Shown piece by piece: positions 1-9,411 of a stretch of 35,482 nt of DNA. The first letter of the stretch is position 1. Every line of letters begins with the position of its first letter. This DNA is from a virus (taxonomy: Duplodnaviria > Caudoviricetes): positions 1 to 35,482 of IMG/VR virus record IMGVR_UViG_3300017903_002177. One strand, given 5' to 3'. The notes under the pieces were generated by a model. The model worked only from the letters and a program-made list of their open reading frames with translations. It did no database searches and was not told the DNA's origin. The position numbers and the translations under genes are program-made.

Positions 1-21
1 CTAATAAACCTTTTGACTGCC

Positions 22-1812
22 TCATGCTACCTCTCCAACAAGTGCTCCATAAATAACATTACCAGCTTTCCAAAGTTGCACAACAGTATCTCCTGTAGTT
101 GCCAAAGTTGGTGCGGTGCCTCCAGTCCATACTACACCCAAAGTTGTCCAGGTAATAGTGCGTGCGCTTCCATCATCAATGTGTAATGTAATTGTTTCAC
201 CATTATCCCAGTTACTTTGAGTAGGCGTTGAGTTACCTCCAAGAACAACGAATTGAGTTTCTCCATTAAGTGGATTTAAAGCAAAACCTGAGGACCAGGT
301 AATCGTAAAAACAGTTTCTTTAAAGTTTTTGGCGACTAAAGTTCGTGTTGCAATAAGATCACCAGCATCGTCAAAAGTGAATCGAGTCGTATTTCCATCA
401 CGAATGATGAAATTGTTGCCGCCAGAGTTTAAGTCTAAGTAGAAGTTTGTGCCGTTGAAGAAAAACTCTACGTCGTCACTGCTTCCGAAACGCAAAATGT
501 CATTGTCAGCTAAATCAATAGCTGCACGAACATTAAGAGTACCGTTAATGGTTAAGTTTGAAAACTGACCGTTGTTCCAAGTATACGTTGATGTTCCAAC
601 GTTACCGGTGTTGTCTGTATCAGGAACAATATCACCTGCATATCGCACTTGACCATTTCCGTTGATTCTCCAAACAACCGCATCAGCGCTATTGCGAATG
701 TAAATATTGTCACTCGCGTCCTGCATATCAATATAAAAATCAGCTCCGTTATAGAACATCAAGATGTCATCACCACTGCCAAACCTGAGAACATCGCTAT
801 CAGCCAAATCAATGGCACCGCGAACGCTTAGGGTGCTGTTTACAAGAAAGTTTGTAAATTGACCATTGTTCCAAGTAAACGATGATGTTCCAACGTTGCC
901 TGTGTCGTCTGTGTCGGGTAAAATATCGCCAGCGTTAACCAAATTACCGGCTGAGTCAACTGTAAATAATCGAGAGTCTGAGTCGTTGCGGACGATAAAG
1001 CTGTCCCCTGCAGTGTTCAGGTCTATGTAAAAATCTGCGTTGTTATAGAAAAACGAAACATCACCGTCACTTCCCATCTGAAGTTGAATGCTGTCATTAA
1101 AACGCAAAGAGCCGCTGGTTTTGGTGTCAAAAACGTCGGATCTTAAAAATTGACTACTGTCAATGTTATCAAGTGTTCCGGCGTTAGTTGCTGTTGCAGC
1201 ATTTCCTGTAATATCTCCTGTAATTGTGTTAGTAACTGTTAATTCTGTAAAGGTTCCATTGACAGAATTTACATTGGTTCCTGTAACATTAGTAAATACA
1301 CCGCTAGCAAACGGAAAAGCTACAGAACCAACAGCTGAAGTACCGCTCGTATCAGGGAAGTAACCGCTTGTTGATGTGCTAGTAACAAACGCACCGATTC
1401 CAAAATCTACGGTATCGCCAGTTATAGTTCCAGTGACGCCAAGGTTGCTGAAAGTTCCTGTTGTAAAGCTGCCTGTAACAGAATTAATAGTGGTTCCTGT
1501 AACATTAGTGAATATACCACTAGTTCCTGAGATCAATTCTCCTGTAATACTTGCTCCGGAAAGTAAGGTTGTAAATACTCCTGTTACACCTGTGATAGAT
1601 GTAGCATTTAAAATACCGCCAGTGATTGTCGCTCCACTTAAGGTGCCTGTTGCTGTAACATTTCGCGCAGTAATGTCACCAGTAATAGTCATTCCGGAGT
1701 CACTGAAAGCCGAAAGACCACTGACAGTAAGAGTTACATCAGTTTCATTACCTGTAGTTCCACTAGTAAACGTAATGAAATCTACTTTTACTGTTCCGTA
1801 CTGTTGAGTCAT
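22..1812 (-). CDS. Tail fibre / receptor-binding protein
   Basis: 596 aa, T/G/S-rich beta-repeat N-half. It has ~98-aa internal repeats (GDI.PDTD.TGNVGTS..TWNNGQF) and a C-terminal W.GGTAPTL motif typical of phage fibre tips. Confidence 0.8.
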   Translation of the reverse strand: MTQQYGTVKVDFITFTSGTTGNETDVTLTVSGLSAFSDSGMTITGDITARNVTATGTLSGATITGGILNATSITGVTGVFTTLLSGASITGELISGTSGIFTNVTGTTINSVTGSFTTGTFSNLGVTGTITGDTVDFGIGAFVTSTSTSGYFPDTSGTSAVGSVAFPFASGVFTNVTGTNVNSVNGTFTELTVTNTITGDITGNAATATNAGTLDNIDSSQFLRSDVFDTKTSGSLRFNDSIQLQMGSDGDVSFFYNNADFYIDLNTAGDSFIVRNDSDSRLFTVDSAGNLVNAGDILPDTDDTGNVGTSSFTWNNGQFTNFLVNSTLSVRGAIDLADSDVLRFGSGDDILMFYNGADFYIDMQDASDNIYIRNSADAVVWRINGNGQVRYAGDIVPDTDNTGNVGTSTYTWNNGQFSNLTINGTLNVRAAIDLADNDILRFGSSDDVEFFFNGTNFYLDLNSGGNNFIIRDGNTTRFTFDDAGDLIATRTLVAKNFKETVFTITWSSGFALNPLNGETQFVVLGGNSTPTQSNWDNGETITLHIDDGSARTITWTTLGVVWTGGTAPTLATTGDTVVQLWKAGNVIYGALVGEVA

Positions 1813-1848
1813 TTAACTGTCATCTATATTTATTTAGTTTAAGACAGA

Positions 1849-3786
1849 TTAACCTGGTAAAATCACCAAAGGACCTTGAATAACAAAGCCGGTACCAGCG
1901 ATAACAGGGGCATCACCAGGTGGGTCAACACTGTACACACCACCGCTGACAACGCCAGAAGCAGTAAGATTTACTCCATTTCCTGATCCATTTCCTGTTA
2001 ATGTCAGTGTTTCTCCTGTGATTGCAGTAAATTCACCTGTAGTAAATATTGCTGTAACTCCTGTCAGTGTAGTAGACACTCCTAGGTTAGTAACCGTTCC
2101 CGTAGTTGCATTTAATGTTGCAGCATTTACATTTGCTCCTGTCACTGTTGTGCCTGAGATATTTGCAAAAACACCGCTTGTACCTGAAATTAAATCTCCG
2201 GTAATACTTGCACCTGAAAGGTAAGAATATACACCGCTTGTACCTGAGATTAGATCTCCGGTAATGCTTGCACCGGAAAGGTTTGTATAAACTCCACTTG
2301 TACCTGAAATTAAATCTCCTGTAATACTTGCACCTGAAAGGTAAGAATATACACCGCTTGTACCTGAGATTAGATCTCCGGTAATGCTTGCACCGGAAAG
2401 GTTTGTATAAACACCGCTTATACCAGAAATTAAATCTCCGGTAATAGTTGGAACAGAAAGGTTTGCAAAAACACCGCTTGTACCAGAAATTAAATCTCCG
2501 GTGATCGTGGCTCCTGATAAGTAAGTGTAGACACCCGAAACACCTGTGATTGTAGTTGCTTCAATTAAATCTCCGGTGATCGTCGCACCAGAAATAGTTC
2601 CAGAAGTTACAATTTCCTCAATAAATCCTGTCTGCTCAATAATTAAATTAGCTTCGCCTGTAATACTTCCAACGATCCTTGCGCCTCCACTGACTGTTAA
2701 ATCTTCAATAACCGTGAAGTCCCCGCTAATCGTTGTGTTACCTGGGAAGGTCATGTTGATAGCGGTCAAGTCATGAAAGACTCCGGTATCACAATCAATA
2801 CGATTTGATTGAATACTAGTTCCAGTAATATTGGTAAACACTCCGGAAGTTCCGGAAATATATGTATATACACCAGAAACACCTGTGATTGAAGTCGCTT
2901 GAACTATGTTCCCAGTAATTGTATTACCTGAAATGTGATTGAATTGACCTCCTTGTCCTGAGATATTATTTCCTGTAATCGTTGCTCCTGAGATACGATC
3001 ATAGATTCCACTCGTACCAGAGATGAGATCTCCGGTAATACTTGTACCTGAAAGATATGTAAAGACGCCACTTGTACCAGAAATTGAGTTTCCAGTAATA
3101 GTGTTGCCAGTAATTGTTCCTGTTATGTAAGCGCCAGAAGCAGTTAAAAGTCCACTTACACCGAGAGCACCACTTACTGTAATTCCTCCAGTGACTGTAA
3201 TTCCACTTACGGTAACAGTTTGCGCTGTGAGTGTTCCAAATTCACCAGAGACGCCTGTAATAGTTCCGCCACTAATATCAGCTGCTGTAAAATTAGAAGT
3301 TGCAAAATTTAAAGCATTAACTGTATCACCTGTTATGATTGCTCCTGAAAAATAAGAAGTTACGATACCTGTTGAATAAGTAAACGTAGTTCCAGTTAGT
3401 GTTACAACTGTGCCCGTCTGTGTTTCAGCTTGATTGAAATATGCACTTTGACCCGATACAGTATCTCCACTAATTGTTCCAGAAACAATTGCGTCATCTT
3501 GTACAGTCAGGCCAGAAACAGTGGCAGCATGGGTGACCGTAAGACCTGACGTGGTTGTTAGACCACTGATCGTTGCATCACCACCGACAATGATGTCACC
3601 GGAAAAAGTATTATCAGTTTGATTTTGAAAATACTGATCCAGATAAACGACTAATTCATCGAATTGGAATTTTTTATTACGTAAAGAAGGATCTGCTTCG
3701 TTAACAGCAACAACGGTTAGCAGATCCTCATCAACAATAGAGCCGCCTTCAATAGAGGGCATCTCTGTAATTTTTCTATTAGCCAC
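1849..3786 (-). CDS. Tail fibre-like protein with 20-aa tandem repeats
   Basis: 645 aa, GTG start. MANRKITE N-terminus is typical of fibre anchor segments, followed by many SGASITGDLISGTSGV repeats. Confidence 0.75.
   Translation of the reverse strand: MANRKITEMPSIEGGSIVDEDLLTVVAVNEADPSLRNKKFQFDELVVYLDQYFQNQTDNTFSGDIIVGGDATISGLTTTSGLTVTHAATVSGLTVQDDAIVSGTISGDTVSGQSAYFNQAETQTGTVVTLTGTTFTYSTGIVTSYFSGAIITGDTVNALNFATSNFTAADISGGTITGVSGEFGTLTAQTVTVSGITVTGGITVSGALGVSGLLTASGAYITGTITGNTITGNSISGTSGVFTYLSGTSITGDLISGTSGIYDRISGATITGNNISGQGGQFNHISGNTITGNIVQATSITGVSGVYTYISGTSGVFTNITGTSIQSNRIDCDTGVFHDLTAINMTFPGNTTISGDFTVIEDLTVSGGARIVGSITGEANLIIEQTGFIEEIVTSGTISGATITGDLIEATTITGVSGVYTYLSGATITGDLISGTSGVFANLSVPTITGDLISGISGVYTNLSGASITGDLISGTSGVYSYLSGASITGDLISGTSGVYTNLSGASITGDLISGTSGVYSYLSGASITGDLISGTSGVFANISGTTVTGANVNAATLNATTGTVTNLGVSTTLTGVTAIFTTGEFTAITGETLTLTGNGSGNGVNLTASGVVSGGVYSVDPPGDAPVIAGTGFVIQGPLVILPG
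2161..2530. repeat. 60-bp tandem repeat array (about 6 units, 120-bp higher-order period) inside the fibre gene
   Basis: 2221-2280 and 2341-2400 are identical; the neighbouring 60-mers differ by a few bases. Confidence 0.95.
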
Positions 3787-3823
3787 CTAAAATCAAGCGA
3801 GTTCTGTTACAATTATAAATCTT

Positions 3824-4276
3824 TTATTTTTCCCTAATCTCAATCCGAGATAAAATGTCAGTAGAAACTCCCCAGGCGAATTGAACACCTGCCAGGATAC
3901 CCGTCGATAACGCCAAGATAATTAAAATTTCTGCGATCGTTAAATTACGGCGCAAGTAAACAACGTTTGGCTGTGGGACTGGCGGTTGATAAGTTTGTTT
4001 TGGCAGCGGCTGCTGAACTGGTTCGGGACGCGGAGGTTGGGGACGAACAGGAACATGGGGCGGCTGGGGAATCGGGGCAGCTGCCATCGGATTAACGGGA
4101 GGTTGCATGCCGCGAGCTGCAATTGCCTGTTGCATGGCAAGCTCACGTGCGCGTGCTTTTAATGCTTCAAAATTTTCTGGGTTGAAAGTCGGCTCTTGCA
4201 GAGTAGGTTCATATTGTTGCTGCTCTTCTACTTGAGCAGGATTGCTTGAAGGAATTTGCTCTTGCATACTAGACAT
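3824..4276 (-). CDS. Pro/Gln-rich protein with C-terminal transmembrane helix
   Basis: 150 aa; low-complexity P/Q region followed by the hydrophobic stretch IAEILIILALSTGILAGVQFAW. Confidence 0.75.
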   Translation of the reverse strand: MSSMQEQIPSSNPAQVEEQQQYEPTLQEPTFNPENFEALKARARELAMQQAIAARGMQPPVNPMAAAPIPQPPHVPVRPQPPRPEPVQQPLPKQTYQPPVPQPNVVYLRRNLTIAEILIILALSTGILAGVQFAWGVSTDILSRIEIREK

Positions 4277-4319
4277 TTACTTCGTAAATAGATTAGCATT
4301 ATTGAAAATAAAAAGCGAT

Positions 4320-4757
4320 ATGACAGATGAAATCTCTCGCTGTCTCAAAAAAATTGGAACTGAGCTTGAGAATGTCAACAAGGCATTAAATAGTATTTGG
4401 TACAGTCGCTATCAAAATGGAGAAACCGACGTACTGGATCCAAGGTGTCATGCGGATGAGTATATAACACTGGAAGTATGCGCTAAACGATTACACGTGA
4501 CTCCGCAGACCATAAGAAACTGGATCAAAATCGGAATGCACAATGAAAACAAGGGTTGGAAACAGGGCATTCATTATGTAAACGTAGCAGGAGACGCAAG
4601 AGTTAAGGGATACTTAAGAGTTCCCTGGAATAGTCTTGTGCAGACTTTCGCCAAAAATCCAATTGAAAACGAAATCCTCCACAAGAATGTGGGTGGACGC
4701 AGGCTTTATAAAGACATTCCTAGACCTGATGACGAAGCAGATCATCCAAAGTTATGA
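4320..4757 (+). CDS. Excisionase/MerR-like helix-turn-helix DNA-binding protein
   Basis: YITLEVCAKRLHVTPQTIRNWIK is HTH-like, followed by WKQGIHY. ATG at 4320 is preferred over the upstream TTG, which overlaps the divergent gene. Confidence 0.7.
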   Translation: MTDEISRCLKKIGTELENVNKALNSIWYSRYQNGETDVLDPRCHADEYITLEVCAKRLHVTPQTIRNWIKIGMHNENKGWKQGIHYVNVAGDARVKGYLRVPWNSLVQTFAKNPIENEILHKNVGGRRLYKDIPRPDDEADHPKL

Positions 4758-5209
4758 GTTATAGATTTTACGGCTTCAATATAAAAGATGTCACATTAGA
4801 AAACTACGCGGAGATATTACCGAAATCTTTAGCGTACCAAATAGAGATATTTTTACCTCCTGAAGGATCTTTCGCAACGCCGGATCTTCAGAGGTACTTG
4901 CAAATTTTAAAAAACTATGAAGAAGAAGATGAAGGCTCCAGTATGACGTTAGCAAATAGACTACGTGTTGCATTCAGGGATTTAAAACCGGATACAATCT
5001 GCGGTAAATTTCCCCAGGCAGAGCTTCCTCTTAAAAGACGACTTAGATGTGTAGCCGAATATCTAATTCGATCAAATGAATTCAGAAAACTTCGAGATGA
5101 AAATGGTAAACTCATCAAGAGAAAGGGTGTGCTTGGGAAAATGGTAGTTATCTACCAGCCTGAACCTAAGCTCATTGAATCCTTACGTCGTCAAGATTTA
5201 CTGCAATGA
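4754..5209 (+). CDS. Hypothetical protein (possible winged-helix C-terminus)
   Basis: 151 aa, ATGA-coupled to the genes on both sides. Confidence 0.75.
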   Translation: MSYRFYGFNIKDVTLENYAEILPKSLAYQIEIFLPPEGSFATPDLQRYLQILKNYEEEDEGSSMTLANRLRVAFRDLKPDTICGKFPQAELPLKRRLRCVAEYLIRSNEFRKLRDENGKLIKRKGVLGKMVVIYQPEPKLIESLRRQDLLQ

Positions 5210-5610
5210 ACAGAAGAGAAAAGCTTTTGTTAAGCATCCTCGGTAAAGAGCCTGATCTAACCAAGACAAGAATGTTAGACACCACTGTGAAAATTATTCT
5301 TGGTGACCTGGGTAAACAGTATGCAAAATTCTGGGAACTCGAGGGTCCTGGAGTCATGTGTTTTCAACCTTATCAAGAGCGGTCGATGTTTTACATGACG
5401 CTTAAAGAAGTTCATTCAGCAGAAGAAGCCTGTCAAAGGGAAAACGACGGACAACTTGCGGAAACTTTCCGTAGGATCTTAGAAGCTGGTCAGAAAATCG
5501 ACCCTAGTGAGAAGGCTGGTTACATCATCAATGACGACAACGGCATTCGTTATTTCGAAATTTGTTATAACACTGCCAGTGAAAGTTCTTTAGAAGATGT
5601 TGTTCAATGA
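5206..5610 (+). CDS. Hypothetical protein
   Basis: 134 aa, ATGA-coupled within the operon. Confidence 0.75.
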   Translation: MNRREKLLLSILGKEPDLTKTRMLDTTVKIILGDLGKQYAKFWELEGPGVMCFQPYQERSMFYMTLKEVHSAEEACQRENDGQLAETFRRILEAGQKIDPSEKAGYIINDDNGIRYFEICYNTASESSLEDVVQ

Positions 5611-6188
5611 GACCTTTTGTCGAGAATGAAGATTTTGAACTGATCTCAAACTATGACTTAGTCCAAAGTGCTCATGCTTTACTTGGCGGTATCGACTTAG
5701 ATGTAGCCAGTTCAGATAAAGCAAATTGTTACGTAGGTGCTGATGCATACTACACACCCTCTATGGATGGGCTAAATGAACAGCCTTGGTCAGATAGTAT
5801 CTACTTGTTTCCACCAGGGGGTACTTACTTCTGGCAGCACAAAATGCAGCGCTGGAAGAAGACACGCTCTGCATCAGTGACACTTACATCGTCCCAGGCT
5901 GTTTGGTTCAGGCGGATGTACCGTGAATGGATGAAGGGAAATATCAAACAAGGCGTATTCATGACAAATCATCCTGACATGATCCGACATGATCAGCGTA
6001 TATTCGATTTTCCAATTTGTATATTGAAACATGCACCGATGATGATTAAGAACACAAGCCAGGGTGTTGATGAAAGAAAGCAAACATCAACAACCATAAT
6101 CGTTTATATGCCTCCACATGGATTGAATACAGCAAATATCGAGAAGTTTATCGAGATTTACTCTGAAAAAGGCAGGATTATTTGCTAG
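5607..6188 (+). CDS. Phage N6-adenine DNA methyltransferase-like protein with degenerate catalytic motif
   Basis: IDLDVASS..AN..V.A..YYT...DGL...W matches phage Dam-like MTases, but the NPPY position reads FPPG. Confidence 0.65.
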   Translation: MRPFVENEDFELISNYDLVQSAHALLGGIDLDVASSDKANCYVGADAYYTPSMDGLNEQPWSDSIYLFPPGGTYFWQHKMQRWKKTRSASVTLTSSQAVWFRRMYREWMKGNIKQGVFMTNHPDMIRHDQRIFDFPICILKHAPMMIKNTSQGVDERKQTSTTIIVYMPPHGLNTANIEKFIEIYSEKGRIIC

Positions 6189-6214
6189 GCTTTTCCTTAA
6201 GCAATTAACAAAAG

Positions 6215-6802
6215 ATGACGCTGTTAGCAGACTTTGAAATTCGAGATCTGGCACGCACTCATGGAATGATCGAACCTTTTGTTGATCATGTAGTTAAAGA
6301 AGAGGATGGCCAAAAAATTCTGAGTTATGGATTGGGTTCTTATGGATATGACATTCGTCTCGATAGCAAGGAATGTTTTTTATTCGGTGGTGTTCAAACA
6401 GGTGTCTGTGATCCAAAAGCTTTTGATGAAGGTATCTTGAAGCCACTGGACTTGCATGAGGATGAAAGGGGAAAATTTTTTATCCTCCCTCCCTATGGAT
6501 ACTGCCTTGGAGTTGCAAAAGAAAGGCTTAAGCTGCCACGGAATGTAACTGTTATCGCAGTCGGTAAATCCACTTATGCTCGATCTGGAATCATGGTCAA
6601 TATCACACCAGCCGAAGCGTGCTGGGAGGGTTATCTGACATTAGAAATTAGTAACTGCACAGGCTTATTTAATAGGGTCTATGCGGAAGAAGGTATCACT
6701 CAACTTTTATTTATGGCTGGAAGGCCTTGCTCTGTTAGCTACCAGGATCGAAGCGGTAAGTATCAATCACAGCCGCATCAAGTTGTCTTCTCGAAAGTTT
6801 AG
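6215..6802 (+). CDS. dcd: dCTP deaminase
   Basis: LSYGLGSYGYDIRL, GKSTYARSG, WEGYLTLEISN and SYQDRSGKYQ.Q motifs. Confidence 0.95.
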   Translation: MTLLADFEIRDLARTHGMIEPFVDHVVKEEDGQKILSYGLGSYGYDIRLDSKECFLFGGVQTGVCDPKAFDEGILKPLDLHEDERGKFFILPPYGYCLGVAKERLKLPRNVTVIAVGKSTYARSGIMVNITPAEACWEGYLTLEISNCTGLFNRVYAEEGITQLLFMAGRPCSVSYQDRSGKYQSQPHQVVFSKV

Positions 6803-7146
6803 AAACCGTAGAACCTTCCGAACCTGAAGCCTGGTTTCCTACTAACTGACTGACCACCTGCACCGGGTCTTCCGTAGTTACGGCCACGGAGACTCGGCAG
6901 CTCAGTGCCATTGATCACAAACTTACCGACTGGAATACGAGAACCAAACCCTGGCTCATTGATGCTTTGGCGTTTCTGGTATTCACCAGCTGCTCTGGCA
7001 CTTGCTATTCGTCTTCTGTTCTTATCTTCTACACGTTCAGGATTAGATCTTTCCTGAAATGCGAAACGTGCAGCCTCATTCAACCGACGATTATCTCCTA
7101 GAAGAAATCGCGCATCTGCTGAATAAGTAGACTGTATTTTTCCCAA
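6799..7146 (-). CDS. Basic hypothetical protein
   Basis: 115 aa, Arg-rich, TTG start, TATAAT 23 nt upstream; ends FYGF. Confidence 0.6.
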   Translation of the reverse strand: MGKIQSTYSADARFLLGDNRRLNEAARFAFQERSNPERVEDKNRRRIASARAAGEYQKRQSINEPGFGSRIPVGKFVINGTELPSLRGRNYGRPGAGGQSVSRKPGFRFGRFYGF

Positions 7147-7200
7147 AGTCTAAATTACTGCCTGTTACTATTATAGAAGGACATAATCAACGAAATAAAA

Positions 7201-7695
7201 ATGTTTGACGTAGCCACGAGTTTTCTGGAGAACTTCGTTGGAAGCAATCCTTATGTAAGAAGGTGCGTTACAGGCTGTGATACTAATGGACAGTCTTTAG
7301 ATAATTATTATGCAGACGTTCCGATGTATGATAATTACAATAACGGACTTTCAACATGCGAACAGGGTTACAACAGGGAGAACCTTGCGCTAACGGGAAA
7401 CAATCAACCTGTGTTGATGTCTCCGGAAGCAATGGCAGATCAACAAGTAGTACGGATGCCAGGAAGTCAGGCATCAGTAGACAGGGGTTTTTATATTGGG
7501 AAGGAGATGGCACCAGTGATTCCGGGTCAAGCTCCGGGAGCGCGTCCAGGCCTGACGGGTTACATTCCGAGCATGGAGGAAGCACTGGCAGCGGGTGCGA
7601 CGAACGGAGTTACAGGGTCATTGATGATGGTAGAGATGGGTCCGGACGAGCAGATGATGCAGGAGTCAATGAAAAGGCGTGGTTTGATCCGGTAG
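7201..7695 (+). CDS. Hypothetical protein
   Basis: 164-aa ORF with ATG start after an AT-rich intergenic gap. Confidence 0.65.
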   Translation: MFDVATSFLENFVGSNPYVRRCVTGCDTNGQSLDNYYADVPMYDNYNNGLSTCEQGYNRENLALTGNNQPVLMSPEAMADQQVVRMPGSQASVDRGFYIGKEMAPVIPGQAPGARPGLTGYIPSMEEALAAGATNGVTGSLMMVEMGPDEQMMQESMKRRGLIR

Positions 7696-7697
7696 AA

Positions 7698-7970
7698 ATG
7701 GATTGCCCTGGGGGAGTATGTCCAGTTCCTTGGGCTAGCTCAAAAGAAGACAAACTTGAATTAGAGACTGTTAATCATCCCTCTCACTATACGGATGGCA
7801 GCATTGAATGCATTGAAGCTATAGAGGCACAACTTAGCAAAGAAGAATATCGAGGCTACCTAAAAGGAAACATCGCAAAATATCTGTGGAGAGAAAAGCA
7901 CAAAGGTGGAGTTGAGTCTTTAAAAAAAGCCGAATGGTATTTAAAAAGACTCATCGAAACTGATGAATAG
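7698..7970 (+). CDS. DUF3310-like phage protein
   Basis: VNHPSHYT.G.IECIEAI...GYLKGNIAKYLWREKHKGG.ESLKKAEWYL signature. The true start is probably ATG 7698 (MDCPGGVCPVPW), not 7356. Confidence 0.85.
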   Translation: MDCPGGVCPVPWASSKEDKLELETVNHPSHYTDGSIECIEAIEAQLSKEEYRGYLKGNIAKYLWREKHKGGVESLKKAEWYLKRLIETDE

Positions 7971-7971
7971 T

Positions 7972-8259
7972 TTATAAAAAACAATTCTCATCGTCTTCGC
8001 CCATCTCGTCTTCTGGCATGTAAGTTACAAGCTCTGAAAGCTCTAAGTCAGTGGGGATGTCGAACTCAATATCGACTTGCTCTTCTGCCATTAGTGCTTT
8101 CAGTGCGTTCCATTCCATCAACCTTTGATGATACAGGTTGAGCAACGCGCAAATTAACTCATCTCGATCTAAATCCTTGGCATGCACCTCTGCTTTACGC
8201 ATAGCAAATTGCATTTCCAAAGGGAGATGAAACTCTTTAGTCTCAGAACTATGTTCCAT
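7972..8259 (-). CDS. Hypothetical protein (weak resemblance to NblA-like LPLE.QF..R helix)
   Basis: 95 aa with a GAGGAG RBS. LPLEMQFAMRK...DLDRDEL...LLNLYHQRL resembles the NblA pattern L.LEQ.F.L; this is unverified. Confidence 0.6.
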   Translation of the reverse strand: MEHSSETKEFHLPLEMQFAMRKAEVHAKDLDRDELICALLNLYHQRLMEWNALKALMAEEQVDIEFDIPTDLELSELVTYMPEDEMGEDDENCFL

Positions 8260-8282
8260 GTAACTCCTCTTTTATATTAATT

Positions 8283-8945
8283 TTACTCTAAAGCATAAAA
8301 GAGACGGTCGATTTCTTGCTCAATAGGGAAACTAAGTGTGGTATCTAAACCGAATTCATTTGCAAATTCGGATAGAACATAAGGGTTGACGTGCTCTTCG
8401 AATTTACGAATGGCATTTACCTGGCGTTTAGATGCTTCATAATCTCTAAAAGCTTTCAGTAATACATCTGGAGGCATCCATCCAAGCTCATCGATATCTG
8501 TCAGAAATAAACTCCCTTCTTCACGCCTCCTCTCTAAAAGACCGCCGATAACTTTATGCTCATCATCAAAAATCCAACGGTTAAACTCATGGATAACCTC
8601 AGCAAAATCTCCTCTCTCAACGGCATCGACAATTGAGCTGTACAAAAAAGCTTCCCACCCTACAGAATGAATGAAAGATAATAAAGCATTTTTCATGTGA
8701 GGATCGAGATGTAATTTCAGCGCATCAAGCTCGCCTTCAATTACATCTAGTTCTGCAAGTAGATATTCAAATGCTTTTTTTCTAGAGACTAATTGACCCT
8801 TGAGGACAGGTGAGCCATCTGGATAAAACTCTGAACCAAAGCCAATTGTGTATGGTTCTGCTCCAGTGGCTGGATCAGGACATGCACGTTCATTGAAGCC
8901 CTCGTACTTTTTAATGATACAAATAGCAGGAGAAAAATCGTGCAT
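8283..8945 (-). CDS. GH24 phage lysozyme with C-terminal extension
   Basis: EGF...A.PDP......TIGFG catalytic E/D/T pattern and GLLERRREE motif. Start is ATG 8945 or GTG 8954. Confidence 0.9.
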   Translation of the reverse strand: MHDFSPAICIIKKYEGFNERACPDPATGAEPYTIGFGSEFYPDGSPVLKGQLVSRKKAFEYLLAELDVIEGELDALKLHLDPHMKNALLSFIHSVGWEAFLYSSIVDAVERGDFAEVIHEFNRWIFDDEHKVIGGLLERRREEGSLFLTDIDELGWMPPDVLLKAFRDYEASKRQVNAIRKFEEHVNPYVLSEFANEFGLDTTLSFPIEQEIDRLFYALE

Positions 8946-9048
8946 GATAAACACAGTTCTCAGCTGATTATAAACTGAAAACTTGCATTTATTTGCTCAA
9001 AGTAAAAGAGTAACTGGAAGTAGAATACCGGAAGTCAATTAATTAAAT

Positions 9049-9411
9049 ATGGCTGAACAAAAAAGAAAGCCAAGAAGCACTGCAGCAGGCAAAGCTAGGC
9101 AAAGTGTAAGAGCTAAAACCAAAACAGCAACGGGCAAGAGTGCAAGGAAAGGCTCTGAGAAAGTAAGGAAAGCAACTAACGCTGCTTCCAAGACTGCTTC
9201 TAGGATTGCAAGACGTGAAGCTAAAGGCAAAGAAGTTAGTGAAGGACTGCGAGCACGTTTAGAAAAACGTATGGCGCGTCTTGAGAAACGTCTTGATACT
9301 GTTACCAAGGCTACTGATGAAAAGAAAGCTGAAAGCAGTGCTAAGTTTGAATCTGCCAAAGATAAAATGGCACGACTTCGAGCAATGCGTAAAGGTGCAA
9401 AGAAAGAATAA
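9049..9411 (+). CDS. Highly basic K/R/A-rich (histone H1-like) protein
   Basis: 120 aa dominated by K, R and A; TAGAAT 22 nt upstream. Confidence 0.7.
   Translation: MAEQKRKPRSTAAGKARQSVRAKTKTATGKSARKGSEKVRKATNAASKTASRIARREAKGKEVSEGLRARLEKRMARLEKRLDTVTKATDEKKAESSAKFESAKDKMARLRAMRKGAKKE

Noticed and set aside
2161-2530. Regular repeats as a CRISPR array
   Set aside because: Contiguous in-frame coding repeats with no unique spacers and no cas genes.
649-2776. Val/Pro-rich plus-strand ORFs opposite the fibre genes
   Set aside because: Antisense mirror of Thr/Gly repeats.
7356-7697. N-terminal extension of the DUF3310 ORF
   Set aside because: Overlaps the 164-aa gene; ATG 7698 directly after that gene's stop gives a normal-sized protein.
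9039-9359. Hydrophobic 106-aa minus-strand ORF
   Set aside because: Antisense mirror of the Lys/Arg/Ala-rich plus-strand gene, which has the promoter box and a coupled downstream gene.
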